Shown one piece after another: positions 17,028 to 27,340 of a DNA stretch of 57,423 nucleotides (positions are counted from its first letter, which is position 1; every line of letters begins with the position of its first letter). The DNA comes from Flavobacteriales bacterium. GTDB taxonomy: Bacteria > Bacteroidota > Bacteroidia > Flavobacteriales > CAJXXR01. Location: the NCBI GenBank assembly GCA_049609625.1, contig JBMYYR010000004.1, positions 1 through 57,423 on the forward strand, given 5' to 3'. The translations under genes were made by a program, and so were the position numbers. Below the pieces are notes generated by a model. The model was not told the origin of the DNA, searched no databases, and saw only the letters and a list, made by a program, of their open reading frames with translations.

Positions 17028-18119
17028 TCAATCACTTAAACTTTTCAAAAACAATTTAAAAAGCTCCTCAGAAGCTTGGAAAGGACTTAGATTTTGCTCC
17101 AAAATTTGATTTTCAAATTGTTTTATTTTCGATTTCAGGTTTGGAGTTTTATAAAGTAAATCATTGAGCTTAAAGTTCAGGCTTTCTCTAAACCAAAACA
17201 AGTGTTGTTCGGCGCGGTGTTGTTCAAAAAAGCCATTGATTTTGGTTTGATTTTCGAAAGAACAGATCGACTTATAAACCTCTTCGATACCTTTAGTTTC
17301 GATGGCAGAAGTTAAAAATACTGGAGGAATCCAGTCCGAAGATTTGGCTGGTAATAAATGAAGAGCTTGTCTAAACTGACTTTGAGCTTGTTTGCAAAAC
17401 ACAGCATTCGCACCATCGGCTTTTGTGAGTGCCACAGCATCTGCCATTTCCATAATACCTCTTTTTATGCCCTGAAGTTCATCTCCAGCCCCAGCCAAAG
17501 CCAAAAGCAAGAAAAAATCGACCATAGAATGTACTGCCGTTTCGCTCTGCCCCACGCCTACTGTTTCAATGATAATGACATCAAAACCAGCGGCTTCGCA
17601 AAGCACAATACTTTCTCGGGTTCTTCTGCTCACACCACCCAAACTGGAACTGGTTGGCGAAGGACGAATGAAGGCTTTAGGCTCAATCGAGAGTTCTTCC
17701 ATTCGGGTTTTGTCGCCCAAAATGCTACCTTTATTGGTTTCCGAACTTGGATCAACAGCCAAAACAGCTACTTTTTTGTTTTGTTCTCGACATAAATACA
17801 AACCAAAAGATTCAATAAACGTACTCTTCCCAACACCCGGAACACCAGTAATTCCTATCCGAATAGCCTCTTTAGTAAAAGGCAAACAACGTTTGATAAG
17901 TTCCTGAGCTTTAGCTTTATGCGATTCATTTCGGCTTTCTACCAAGGTAATAGCCTGACTTAAAATTTGACGATTCTGTTGACGAATACCATCAAAATAA
18001 TAATCTACATCTCGGACTTGTTTTCTGAATGTTTTGGCTTGTTGTTTTGCCAAATTGCTGACTGCGTTTTGCTTGGCTTTTCCTTTTTGGATATGAAGTG
18101 TCGATTTTTTAGTTTTCAT
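17028..18119 (-). CDS. meaB: Methylmalonyl-CoA mutase-associated GTPase MeaB/ArgK family
   Basis: P-loop GVPGVGKST, plus ETVGVGQSE and TKADG. Confidence 0.85.
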   Translation of the reverse strand: MKTKKSTLHIQKGKAKQNAVSNLAKQQAKTFRKQVRDVDYYFDGIRQQNRQILSQAITLVESRNESHKAKAQELIKRCLPFTKEAIRIGITGVPGVGKSTFIESFGLYLCREQNKKVAVLAVDPSSETNKGSILGDKTRMEELSIEPKAFIRPSPTSSSLGGVSRRTRESIVLCEAAGFDVIIIETVGVGQSETAVHSMVDFFLLLALAGAGDELQGIKRGIMEMADAVALTKADGANAVFCKQAQSQFRQALHLLPAKSSDWIPPVFLTSAIETKGIEEVYKSICSFENQTKINGFFEQHRAEQHLFWFRESLNFKLNDLLYKTPNLKSKIKQFENQILEQNLSPFQASEELFKLFLKSLSD

Positions 18120-19102
18120 GACTTTTGTTGCATTGAAAACCTTATAATTTCTTCAAAAAATGCACCTAAATCCCAGCCACGATAAGCCACTTGTTGTGGA
18201 ATAAAACTTTCATTTGTTAGACCCGGAATGGTGTTAATTTCGATGAGATACAGCTCTGTTTTTCCGATCATATAATCTACTCTACAAACACCCGAAAGGT
18301 CAAAGTTTTTGTAAATAGACTTGCTTAACGCTTCAACTTGTTTCTGAACATAATCCGAAATTCGAGCTGGTGTAATTTCCTGTGATTTTCCTTCATATTT
18401 AGCTTCGTAATCAAAGAAATCTTGATCAGTTTGTATTTCTGTTACCGCAATGGCTTGAATGCCTTTTTCGGTTTCAAAAACACCACAAGTCAGTTCTAAA
18501 CCTCCTAAGCCTTCTTCTATAAGTAATTGATTGTCAAATTCTAATGCAGATTTCAGAGCTGTATTCAACTCGGAGGCTTGATGTACTTTTTGAACCCCAA
18601 AACTTGAACCCGAACGGCAAGCTTTCACAAAAAGCGGATACTTTAACTTAAAATTATACGTTTCATTTTCATCAAAATCTGATTTAGAAAATTCGACAGA
18701 ATTTGCGCAAGGAATATCCAAAGCTTTTGCAAATCTGATCGTTGACGCTTTGTTGAACGTTACCTGAGAAGCCAAAGAATTGCAGCACGAATAAGGCAAT
18801 TCTATCAAATCAAAATAAGCGGATAGCAAGCCATCTTCGGCGGGTGTTCCATGAAGAATAACTAAGGCGAAATCAATTTTAATCTTTTGATTATCAATAC
18901 TAAAATTAAAATCATTTTTATCAATCGGATAGCTTTTGTTTTGGTATTTACAGATCCATTCTTTTGGCGAATTAAGCTCAATCCAAAAGACGTTTGAATA
19001 GCGATTTTCTATTGCCGAAAAGACATTTTTAGCACTTTTAATAGAAATTTCTCTTTCGGCAGAATAGCCGCCAGTTACTAAAGCAATATTTAGGTTTTCC
19101 AT
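18116..19102 (-). CDS. ddl: D-alanine--D-alanine ligase
   Basis: ATP-grasp pattern with HGTPAEDG, VKACRSGSSFGV and EINTIPGLT. There is a 4-nt overlap with meaB. Confidence 0.9.
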   Translation of the reverse strand: MENLNIALVTGGYSAEREISIKSAKNVFSAIENRYSNVFWIELNSPKEWICKYQNKSYPIDKNDFNFSIDNQKIKIDFALVILHGTPAEDGLLSAYFDLIELPYSCCNSLASQVTFNKASTIRFAKALDIPCANSVEFSKSDFDENETYNFKLKYPLFVKACRSGSSFGVQKVHQASELNTALKSALEFDNQLLIEEGLGGLELTCGVFETEKGIQAIAVTEIQTDQDFFDYEAKYEGKSQEITPARISDYVQKQVEALSKSIYKNFDLSGVCRVDYMIGKTELYLIEINTIPGLTNESFIPQQVAYRGWDLGAFFEEIIRFSMQQKS

Positions 19103-19105
19103 AGT

Positions 19106-19867
19106 TTAATTTTTGGAAATAAATGTTCGACATTCTTCTATACTTAAATCAGGGTGCAACTCGCCTTCTTTGCACACACTAATGCGCCCAGTTTCTTCCG
19201 AAATAATCAAAATAAGCGCATCGGTACTTTCCGAAAGGCCCAAAGCCGCTCTGTGTCTGAGTCCAAAAATGGTCGGCAAGTCTCGACGATCAGAAACAGG
19301 CAAAACACAGGTTGCGTGTGTTATTTTCTGATGATCAATAATCGTTGCACCATCATGTAATGGACTGTTTTTGAAGAAGATAGACTCAATCAATTCGCTA
19401 CTAACTTTAGCATCAAGACGTGTTCCTGTTGCTTCAATAAAGCTTAAATCAGTGTTGGCTTTGAAGACCAAAATAGAGCCTGTTTTGGTTGCCGAAAGGT
19501 GTTTTACGGCATCGAGAATGAGTTCTGTTGTCAGATTTTGTTGTGAACTTTCGGCTTTCTGAAAACGTTTTAAAATTTCTTTTCGGCTTCCAAAAGACTT
19601 ATTACCTATCAGAAGTAAAAACTTTCTAATTTCTTGTTGAAAAACAATAATCAAAGCTAAAACACCAACATTAATAAATTTACCTAAAATATCAGTAAGC
19701 AACATCATATCAAGTAGTTCGACTAATTTCCATGACAAATATAAGGCCGCCACACCGAGAGAAATTCGAATAGCAACAGTCCCTTTAACGAGTTTATAGA
19801 GCTGATAAATCAGTAAACTCACCAAAAAAATATCTATCAAATCAATTAAGTCAAAATCGAATGGCAT
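19106..19867 (-). CDS. cdaA: Diadenylate cyclase (membrane-anchored, CdaA type)
   Basis: Three N-terminal TM helices and DAC-domain motifs LHDGATII, GLRHRAALGLSE and SEETGRISV. Confidence 0.9.
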   Translation of the reverse strand: MPFDFDLIDLIDIFLVSLLIYQLYKLVKGTVAIRISLGVAALYLSWKLVELLDMMLLTDILGKFINVGVLALIIVFQQEIRKFLLLIGNKSFGSRKEILKRFQKAESSQQNLTTELILDAVKHLSATKTGSILVFKANTDLSFIEATGTRLDAKVSSELIESIFFKNSPLHDGATIIDHQKITHATCVLPVSDRRDLPTIFGLRHRAALGLSESTDALILIISEETGRISVCKEGELHPDLSIEECRTFISKN

Positions 19868-20718
19868 TAATGTTTTGGGTTTAATAAATTAAACAAAGTG
19901 ATGGTCTGTTTTGCCTCCTTCACGTCGTGCACTCTCAATAGTTTTGCGCCTTGTCTTAGAGCTTCATAATGCGTTACCGACGTGGCCGAAAGAGCTTCTT
20001 TTGCCGTAATATCTAGCGTTTTGTAGAGCATCGATTTTCTGGAAAGTCCGACTAAAATCGGTAAATCAAACACGGTTAAAACTTCTAATTTGCGTAAAAG
20101 TTCAAAATTCTGATTGATTGTTTTTGAAAAACCAAAACCTGGATCGATAATAAGGTCATTTACGCCCAGGGCTTGTAGTTTGGTAATTTTTTCTGAGAAA
20201 AATAAAACCATATCATTCAGTAGATGATCGTATGTATTGGCTTGATGAAAACTGTTTTTGTCGCCCTGAAGGTGCATCAAAACATAAGGTACTTGATAGT
20301 CTGAAATCAACTTAAACATCTGATTATCAAATTGTCCTCCCGAAATATCATTAATTATAGCTACGCCAGAATCTAAGGCTTGTTTGGCAACATCAACATG
20401 GTAGGTATCCACCGAAAGTAACGCTTCAGGGAAATGGGTTTTGATTAAGTTCAGAGAAGGCAACAAACGTTTGGCCTCTTCGTCGGGAGTCAGTCGTTTT
20501 GAGCCTGGACGTGAAGATGCCGCTCCTAAATCGATAAAATCAACGCCTTCGTCGAGCATTTGTTCCACTTTTTTGAGTATCAAATGGTTGTCAGTCAACT
20601 CGCCTCCATCGTAAAACGAATCGGGCGTCAGGTTGAGAATCCCCATCACTTTAGCCTCGGACAAATCTATAAGTTGACCTTGACAATTGATACTCGAAAA
20701 TTGGGATTCAAAAGGCAT
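19867..20718 (-). CDS. folP: Dihydropteroate synthase
   Basis: Motifs MGILNLTPDSFYDGG, DLGAASSRPG and VDTY. Confidence 0.9.
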   Translation of the reverse strand: MPFESQFSSINCQGQLIDLSEAKVMGILNLTPDSFYDGGELTDNHLILKKVEQMLDEGVDFIDLGAASSRPGSKRLTPDEEAKRLLPSLNLIKTHFPEALLSVDTYHVDVAKQALDSGVAIINDISGGQFDNQMFKLISDYQVPYVLMHLQGDKNSFHQANTYDHLLNDMVLFFSEKITKLQALGVNDLIIDPGFGFSKTINQNFELLRKLEVLTVFDLPILVGLSRKSMLYKTLDITAKEALSATSVTHYEALRQGAKLLRVHDVKEAKQTITLFNLLNPKH

Positions 20719-21263
20719 TAAAACGGGCTTTTAAAGGTTTTGAAATCAGGTGCAATCTGGTCTTTTTCAGATACTTTTGGTTCACCATCTAAATCCCAAT
20801 CAATAGCTAAATCGGCATCAGACCAAAACAAAGCATCTTCGTGATTTGGCGCATAGACATCAGAACATTTGTAAGCGAAAATAGTCTGATCTTCAAGACT
20901 TAAGAAGCCATGAGCAAAGCCTTCTGGTATATAAAGCATAGTTTTATTTTCGGCAGAAAGCTTGATTTTAAAATGTTTTCCGTAGGTTTTTGAAGCCGTT
21001 CTTAAATCTACAACCACATCCAACACCGAACCTAAAGTAACACTTACTAATTTAGCTTGCGCTTTTGGCGGTTTTTGAAAATGTAAACCTCTTAAAACAC
21101 CTTTTTCTGAACAAGATTGGTTGTCTTGAACAAAATCGGCATCTAAACCTAATTTCGCAAAATTTGCTCGATTATAGCTTTCAAAAAAATATCCTCTTTT
21201 GTCCTCAAAAACCCGAGGCTCAACAACATACAAGCCTTCAAATCCGGTTTCTACTTTTTTCAT
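20718..21263 (-). CDS. rfbC: dTDP-4-dehydrorhamnose 3,5-epimerase
   Basis: Motifs FEDKRGYFFE, LRGLHFQ and PEGFAHGF. Confidence 0.9.
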   Translation of the reverse strand: MKKVETGFEGLYVVEPRVFEDKRGYFFESYNRANFAKLGLDADFVQDNQSCSEKGVLRGLHFQKPPKAQAKLVSVTLGSVLDVVVDLRTASKTYGKHFKIKLSAENKTMLYIPEGFAHGFLSLEDQTIFAYKCSDVYAPNHEDALFWSDADLAIDWDLDGEPKVSEKDQIAPDFKTFKSPF

Positions 21264-21447
21264 ATCTATAATTGTTTAAGGTAAAAAACACCCTTAATTT
21301 CTGTCTAATTTTTGAATTGTGAAATTACAATTCTTAAGTCTTTTCTCAAACAAAAATTGAAAATAAAAACTGAAATTAAAAATATCTTAGAAACAGAAGG
21401 TTTACAGTTGCCTGAATGATGTATCTTTGACCAAAAAAATAGAACTT

Positions 21448-22239
21448 ATGTCTTTTAAACATCTACTGAGTGGACTTGTTTTTGTGTCCCTATTGGCCTG
21501 TACTACAAACCCCTTGACGGGCAGAAAACAACTCAGTCTAATATCCTCTTCTAGCTTATTATCAGCAAGTTACCAGAGCTACCAAACAACCCTAAGCGAA
21601 AGCAAATTATCAACCAACAAAGCTAAAGTTGCCCAAGTAAAACGTGTGGGACGGCGGATTCAAAAAGCTGTTGAGCGCTATTATGCCGAAAAAAATATGT
21701 CGGATAAATTAGCTGGTTTTGAGTGGGAATTCAACCTCATTGAGTCGCCGCAAGTGAATGCCTGGTGTATGCCCGGCGGAAAAGTAGCCTTTTATACAGG
21801 GATTTTACCTGTTTGTAAATCCGAAACAGGCATAGCCGTCGTGATGGGCCACGAAATTGCTCACGCCGTAGCAAATCATAGTGGCGAACGTGCTTCTCTT
21901 CAACTGGGACGAGAATTTGGACTATCTATAGGGCAAGCTTTGGCAGGTGAAAATCCGAGTAAAACTCAAAATATCATTTTACAGGCCGCAGGTGCCTCTA
22001 CATCTTTAGGCATGTTAAAATTTTCTCGATCTCATGAAAGCGAGTCCGATCACATGGGATTAGTCTTTATGGCAATGGCGGGCTACAATCCACGCGAAGC
22101 ACCAAAATTTTGGGAGCGTATGAGTGCTGCTGGCGGACAAACTCCACCAGAATTTTTATCAACTCACCCAAGTTCTTCAAGACGAGTTAGCGATCTAAAA
22201 GACTGGATGCCAGAAGCTTTGGAGCATTATAAAAGATAG
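21448..22239 (+). CDS. M48-family zinc metallopeptidase lipoprotein
   Basis: Signal/lipobox SLLAC, zinc site HEIAHAV and downstream ESESDHMG. The track ORF starts at TTG 21427; the first ATG is at 21448. Confidence 0.8.
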   Translation: MSFKHLLSGLVFVSLLACTTNPLTGRKQLSLISSSSLLSASYQSYQTTLSESKLSTNKAKVAQVKRVGRRIQKAVERYYAEKNMSDKLAGFEWEFNLIESPQVNAWCMPGGKVAFYTGILPVCKSETGIAVVMGHEIAHAVANHSGERASLQLGREFGLSIGQALAGENPSKTQNIILQAAGASTSLGMLKFSRSHESESDHMGLVFMAMAGYNPREAPKFWERMSAAGGQTPPEFLSTHPSSSRRVSDLKDWMPEALEHYKR

Positions 22240-22266
22240 AAAAATTGCCAAAACATACCTCATTTT

Positions 22267-23808
22267 ATGCAGAACACTCTGCTCATTCTTATTAGTTTTT
22301 GGCTTGTCTCTTGCGCCACCAAACTGAGACCTACTGGTGGCGAACGAGATACTTCGCCTCCAGTTCTGAACTTTGCCAAACCCGTTTCTGGAACTACAAA
22401 TTTTGATGCCTATCAATTTGAATTGAAATTTGATGAATTTTTAAAGCCTGAACATTTTGAAAAATTGATCTTAGTTTCTCCAAACATTGAGGATTTAAAA
22501 GTGGATTATCATGGAAAAAAACTGGTGGTGAGCTGGAAAAATGAGTTAAAAGCAAACACAAGCTATAACTTTCAGTTTCTCCAATCCATTAAAGATTATA
22601 CAGAATCGAATGTGCTGTCTAATTTTCAATACGTTTTATCTACTGGAAATCAGATTGATAGCCTGAAAATTAGCGGACATGTTGATTGGCTTGACAGTAA
22701 GCCAAATACAGCAACTTTGATTTGTTTGGTAGAAGAAAATCAGTTTAATGACTCTACTTTTTTGACATCAGATTTTAATTATACAGGTATGGCAAGTCAG
22801 CAAAATGGGACGTTTACGGTCGATTATTTAGCTGAAGGCAATTACCACCTATTTGCTTTTGAAGATAAAAATCAGAACAACACTTGGGATCAAAAAGATG
22901 AATCTTTTGGTTTTTTTCCCCTGCCAATTCAACCAATCGACAGCCAAGAGCTAAAACTACAACTTTCTGACATTCAAACAGAACCGACATTTTCAAAACT
23001 ACAATTTTTATCCGACAAGCAACTCATTTTAGCCTATCCAGATGCTTTGCCAGAGGACAGTAACTTTACTGTTTTTGATTTGGACAAACAAATTGATTAT
23101 CAGCAGTTTGTAGATGAAAAAGAACAGGTTGTTCGCTTTTCTTTTTCCGAAGCTTTAGAAAGCGATAGTTTTTCGATTGTAGTAAGCCACCTAGACACCT
23201 TTAGTTGCTTTAGGCGAATGTTTAAACCAGTGTCGAAAACCAGACTATTCGACCAGCAATTGAAGGATAGCGATAGCTTAGTTTTGATTTCAAATTATAT
23301 TGTAAATCAGGTAGATACGTCAAAAATTAAGATCACCATTGGAGATTCGACATTAGCTTATAGCTATAAGTTTGAAAGCAATAAAATTCAATTTTATGCT
23401 GGATCTATAGACGCTAATTTACCTATCCAAATCTCTCTCGCAGACTCTGCTTTGGTTTATGATGGCACTATTTTTAGTCAGAAAAACCAATTCAGGTATC
23501 AAAAGAAATCACCTTTATATTACGGCGATATTCGCTGTAAATTTAATGAAAATCAAGCTGTTATTATTCAGCTCTTGGACAAAGACCTAAAGCTTGTAGA
23601 TGAACAAACGGCGAGTGCCAGCGAAAAAGAAATTAGGTTTCAAAAACTTGAACCCAAAACCTATCATATCCGATTAATTCGAGATTTGAATGGCGATGGC
23701 AAGTTTACACGCTCAAACCCCTTTGTAGGCCAAACAGCCGAGCCTGTTTTGGTTCATAAAAAACCCATTAAAATAAAATCTAATTGGACTCACGAAATCC
23801 AATTTTAA
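22267..23808 (+). CDS. Ig-like-domain lipoprotein, function unknown
   Basis: Lipobox FWLVSC followed by RPTGGERDTSPPV, a typical start of Bacteroidota SbsA-Ig-like lipoproteins. Confidence 0.5.
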   Translation: MQNTLLILISFWLVSCATKLRPTGGERDTSPPVLNFAKPVSGTTNFDAYQFELKFDEFLKPEHFEKLILVSPNIEDLKVDYHGKKLVVSWKNELKANTSYNFQFLQSIKDYTESNVLSNFQYVLSTGNQIDSLKISGHVDWLDSKPNTATLICLVEENQFNDSTFLTSDFNYTGMASQQNGTFTVDYLAEGNYHLFAFEDKNQNNTWDQKDESFGFFPLPIQPIDSQELKLQLSDIQTEPTFSKLQFLSDKQLILAYPDALPEDSNFTVFDLDKQIDYQQFVDEKEQVVRFSFSEALESDSFSIVVSHLDTFSCFRRMFKPVSKTRLFDQQLKDSDSLVLISNYIVNQVDTSKIKITIGDSTLAYSYKFESNKIQFYAGSIDANLPIQISLADSALVYDGTIFSQKNQFRYQKKSPLYYGDIRCKFNENQAVIIQLLDKDLKLVDEQTASASEKEIRFQKLEPKTYHIRLIRDLNGDGKFTRSNPFVGQTAEPVLVHKKPIKIKSNWTHEIQF

Positions 23809-23821
23809 TACAGAAATCACT

Positions 23822-24403
23822 ATGTTTATTGAACCTAGACCCTCAAAAAATCAAAAAAAAGGGTGGATAGAAATCATTTGTGGCTCAATGTTTTCTGGAA
23901 AAACAGAAGAACTTATTCGTCGATTAAATCGAGCTAAAATAGCGCAACTAAACGTCCTGATTTTCAAACCAAAAATCGATGTCCGTTACGCCGAAGACGC
24001 CGTAGTTTCTCACAATGACACTCGGATTCTCTCCCACTCTATCGACCATTCGAGCAAACTCATCGAAGCCTCAAAAGGCATGGATGTCATTGGCGTTGAT
24101 GAAGCTCAATTTTTTGATAATCAATTAGTTGAAGCTTGCAATATGTTGGCAAATCAAGGTGTCCGCGTTATTGTTGCAGGACTAGACATGGATTTTACAG
24201 GCAAAGCTTTTGCCCCCATGCCCGAGCTTATGGCCGTGGCAGAATATGTAACAAAAGTTCATGCTATTTGCCTAAAATGTGGCGATGTCGCTCAGTATTC
24301 TCACCGGATTCAAAAAGATGACAATCTGTTGCTTTTGGGCGAAAAAGAGGCTTATGAATCCTTGTGTCGTCAGTGTTTCAATCGGGCAACTAAATCCGAT
24401 TAA
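23822..24403 (+). CDS. tdk: Thymidine kinase
   Basis: P-loop GSMFSGKTEELIRR, VIGVDEAQFF and C-terminal Cys pairs CLKCG / CRQC. Confidence 0.9.
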   Translation: MFIEPRPSKNQKKGWIEIICGSMFSGKTEELIRRLNRAKIAQLNVLIFKPKIDVRYAEDAVVSHNDTRILSHSIDHSSKLIEASKGMDVIGVDEAQFFDNQLVEACNMLANQGVRVIVAGLDMDFTGKAFAPMPELMAVAEYVTKVHAICLKCGDVAQYSHRIQKDDNLLLLGEKEAYESLCRQCFNRATKSD

Positions 24404-24405
24404 CT

Positions 24406-26856
24406 ATGCGTATTGATAGTCATCATTTAGCTGAAATTTTATCAGGCACGTGGTTTGGTTTGGAAGAAAATATTGAATTTTCGAAACTCGTTACCGATAC
24501 CAGAACTGATGTTCACCACCTAAATAATACTATTTTTATTGCTTTAAAGGGACCAAATTTTGATGCGCATCAGTTTCTAAATCAAGCTCATCAAAAAGGA
24601 ATACACTATTTTATTGTTTCCGAATTACCAAAATATTTAGATCAAAACTGTGCGTATATATTGGTTGATGATACGCATTTAGCATTGAATCAACTCGCTC
24701 AATATCAAAGATCTAAACTGCATTATCCGCTCATAGGAATTACAGGAAGTAATGGAAAAACAATTGTAAAAGAATGGTTAAATCATCTACTTTCAAAGGC
24801 ATTTAAAATTAGTCGAAGTCCAAAAAGCTATAATTCAAAAATCGGTTTGGCTTTATCTTTAATTCAAGCTGAACCCGATGCCGATTTTGGTCTATTTGAG
24901 GTTGGAATTTCTCAACCTAATGAAATGGAGGCTCAGGAACAGCTTCTAAAACCCGATTTTGGTGTGTTTACAATTTTGGGCGATGCGCATCAACAATATT
25001 TTGAGAGTAAAACGCAAAAATTAAAAGAAAAATTTAAGCTATTTACTCATACAAAAGCACTGGTTTCTTCTGTGTATCAAGAGTCTATTCGCTCGCTAAT
25101 CGCTTCTGATAAAAAATCAACATATTTGACTTGGTCAACTACAAAACAAGCTGATATTCAATTGATTGAAAAGACTTATCAAAACGGCTTCACTTCATTA
25201 AAACTAAAGCTAGCCGATCAAATTTACACCATTCAAATTCCTTTTCAGGACGAGATAAGTTGTCAAAATGCGTTGAGTTGTTTTTCAACTTTAAAGATGT
25301 TAGGTGTGTTACAAGACAGCGTTTTAGAACGATTTGAAAGCTTGCCAGAATTAAGCATGCGCATGGAAAGACGAGCCGGAATTTATCAGTCTGTTCTTAT
25401 AAACGACAGTTATTCTAACGATGGTTTGGCTTTGCAATTTGGTCTGCAAGAGCTTTCAAAAGAAAAAGGAAAAAAGGGTTTAATTATTTCAGATTTCGCT
25501 GAATTTAGCAAAGCTCAATACAAATCTATCTCTAATCTAATCAACAAACAACAGTTAAATATTCTGATTACTATTGGCTCAGATTGGAAGAAAGAAACTC
25601 AACTTTCAGCTGATATTATTCATCAGTTTGAAAGCCTGGAAACGTTCAAAACTCAAATTAATTTACAAGATTTTACCCAACATACCTTACTTATAAAAGG
25701 CGCTCGAAAATTTAAGTTTGAACAACTTGTACAATTTCTATCCAACAAACCGCATGGCAGCTATTTAGAAGTCGATCTGGATGCCTTGAGCTCTAACGTT
25801 CAGTTTTTTAAATCGAAACTAAAGCCACAAACGGGCATGTATCTCATGCTAAAGGCTTTTTCTTATGGCGTTGGGTCTATTGAACTCGCCAAACATCTTG
25901 AACAATTTGATATTCAGGGAATTATTGTTGCTTACGTTAACGAAGGCATTGCGCTGAGGCAAGCTCAAATCACCTGCCCAATCGTCGTTATGAACTCTCA
26001 AATAGATCAAATAGATTTGATGTGCGCTCATCAACTAGAGCCTGAACTCTATTCCATTGAACACCTCAGCGTGTGGAAAACCACTTTGGAAAAGAAAAAC
26101 ATCAAGGCTTACCCTATTCATCTCAAATTTGATACAGGCATGCACCGTCTTGGCTTTTTAGATACTGACATTCAGCCTCTTTCTGATTATTTAATACATC
26201 AAAATCAACTCAGAGTTTCCTCCGTATTTTCGCATTTTGTTGATAGTCGATCTGAAAACTTTGCTAACTATACTCAAAATCAGTTCGATGCCTTCAATTC
26301 TATATGTGAGCGTTTAGAATTGGAACTTAAATACACCTTTACAAAGCATATTTCAAACTCGAATGCCATAGTTCAATATCCTGAATTTCAATTAGATGCC
26401 GTAAGATTAGGGATTGGTTTGTTTGGATTGAACTTAGATAAAAAATGGAAAATTCATTGTAAATCGCCTTTAAGTCTAAAAACAAAAATATTACAGATAA
26501 AAACCTTAAAAAAAGGAGAAGGTTTAGGCTATAGTCATCAGTTTGTTGCAGAAAAAGAAACTCGAATAGCCACCCTTGCTATTGGCTATGCCGATGGTTT
26601 GTTGCGGTCTTATGGAAAGGCTGGATTAAAATTATACATCAACCAGAATCCTTGCCCAATTATCGGAGCTATCTGCATGGATATGTGTATGATAGACCTT
26701 GGAAATTTGAAAGCTCATATTGGCGATGAAGTCGTTGTTTTTGACCCCGACACTCAAGATTTGGATGATTTAGCCCATCAAGTTGGCACTATTCCCTACG
26801 AAATTTTATGCAGCTTATCCGATCGTATCGAACGTCGCTACAATAAAGAATGGTAA
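24406..26856 (+). CDS. Bifunctional MurF-like Mur ligase / alanine racemase fusion protein
   Basis: The N-terminal half carries the Mur-ligase P-loop GITGSNGKT. The C-terminal half carries the alanine racemase PLP-lysine motif LKAFSYGVG and the tail PYEILCSLSDRIERRY. Confidence 0.8.
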   Translation: MRIDSHHLAEILSGTWFGLEENIEFSKLVTDTRTDVHHLNNTIFIALKGPNFDAHQFLNQAHQKGIHYFIVSELPKYLDQNCAYILVDDTHLALNQLAQYQRSKLHYPLIGITGSNGKTIVKEWLNHLLSKAFKISRSPKSYNSKIGLALSLIQAEPDADFGLFEVGISQPNEMEAQEQLLKPDFGVFTILGDAHQQYFESKTQKLKEKFKLFTHTKALVSSVYQESIRSLIASDKKSTYLTWSTTKQADIQLIEKTYQNGFTSLKLKLADQIYTIQIPFQDEISCQNALSCFSTLKMLGVLQDSVLERFESLPELSMRMERRAGIYQSVLINDSYSNDGLALQFGLQELSKEKGKKGLIISDFAEFSKAQYKSISNLINKQQLNILITIGSDWKKETQLSADIIHQFESLETFKTQINLQDFTQHTLLIKGARKFKFEQLVQFLSNKPHGSYLEVDLDALSSNVQFFKSKLKPQTGMYLMLKAFSYGVGSIELAKHLEQFDIQGIIVAYVNEGIALRQAQITCPIVVMNSQIDQIDLMCAHQLEPELYSIEHLSVWKTTLEKKNIKAYPIHLKFDTGMHRLGFLDTDIQPLSDYLIHQNQLRVSSVFSHFVDSRSENFANYTQNQFDAFNSICERLELELKYTFTKHISNSNAIVQYPEFQLDAVRLGIGLFGLNLDKKWKIHCKSPLSLKTKILQIKTLKKGEGLGYSHQFVAEKETRIATLAIGYADGLLRSYGKAGLKLYINQNPCPIIGAICMDMCMIDLGNLKAHIGDEVVVFDPDTQDLDDLAHQVGTIPYEILCSLSDRIERRYNKEW

Positions 26857-26944
26857 AAACAAAAAGCCAACTCATTGCAAATGAGAGCGTTAAAAATATT
26901 TTGAAAATTTTATTTAAAATTTAATATATTTATAAAGAAAAACT

Positions 26945-26952
26945 TAAATTTG
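26945..26952 (+). promoter_or_regulatory. Bacteroidota-type -7 box (TAnnTTTG) upstream of the tRNA pair
   Basis: An exact TAAATTTG lies 17 nt upstream of tRNA-Pro. No clear -33 TTG was seen. Confidence 0.4.
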
Positions 26953-26968
26953 CGCTCACAAAACACCG

Positions 26969-27043
26969 CGGGGTGTAGCGTAGCCCGGTTATCGCGCCTC
27001 GTTTGGGACGAGGAGGTCGCAGGTTCGAATCCTGCCACCCCGA
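26969..27043 (+). tRNA. tRNA-Pro (anticodon UGG)
   Basis: Hand-folded 75-nt cloverleaf. Acceptor stem is CGGGGTG/CACCCCG, anticodon stem CCTCG/CGAGG with loop TTTGGGA, and T-arm GCAGG-TTCGAAT-CCTGC. No CCA is encoded. Confidence 0.9.
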
Positions 27044-27052
27044 CTTTATTGA

Positions 27053-27126
27053 GGGCTCTTAGCTCAGCTGGATAGAGCACCTCCCTTCTAAGGAGGCGGT
27101 CGAAGGTTCGAATCCTTCAGGGCTCA
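27053..27126 (+). tRNA. tRNA-Arg (anticodon UCU)
   Basis: Hand-folded 74-nt cloverleaf. D-arm is GCTC-AGCTGGATA-GAGC, anticodon stem CCTCC/GGAGG with loop CTTCTAA, and T-arm GAAGG-TTCGAAT-CCTTC. Confidence 0.9.
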
Positions 27127-27129
27127 CTT

Positions 27130-27176
27130 AAAAAAAGCCTCAATAAATTGTTAATCAATCTATTGAGGCTTTTTTT
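27130..27176 (+). terminator. Rho-independent terminator after the tRNA pair
   Basis: A 10-bp stem agcctcaata / tattgaggct followed by T6. Confidence 0.8.
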
Positions 27177-27340
27177 AATTTTGTGTAATTGTATATTTTT
27201 TTCAAAATAGAATGTTCTTGACTAGTGCTTAATTGATATTAAACGTAAGCACAAGAACACACAAAAGGATAGATTTAAACATTTGTACAACTCAATATTA
27301 GAGGAATTTTTCAGCTATTAGAGACCGTACAAACTTGATC

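Noticed and set aside
24406-26856. The MurF-like / alanine racemase fusion as a possible novel architecture
   Set aside because: As far as I know, this bifunctional fusion is a recognised and widely annotated feature of Bacteroidota. Both halves keep their key motifs (GITGSNGKT; the PLP lysine in LKAFSYGVG). It is useful as a taxonomic marker but is not new.
26969-27340. The tRNA-Pro/tRNA-Arg pair as an integration hot spot with a hidden element downstream
   Set aside because: The tRNAs are followed by a clean terminator and ~160 bp of AT-rich spacer, then a core gene. I found no repeat of either tRNA 3' end and no integrase nearby.
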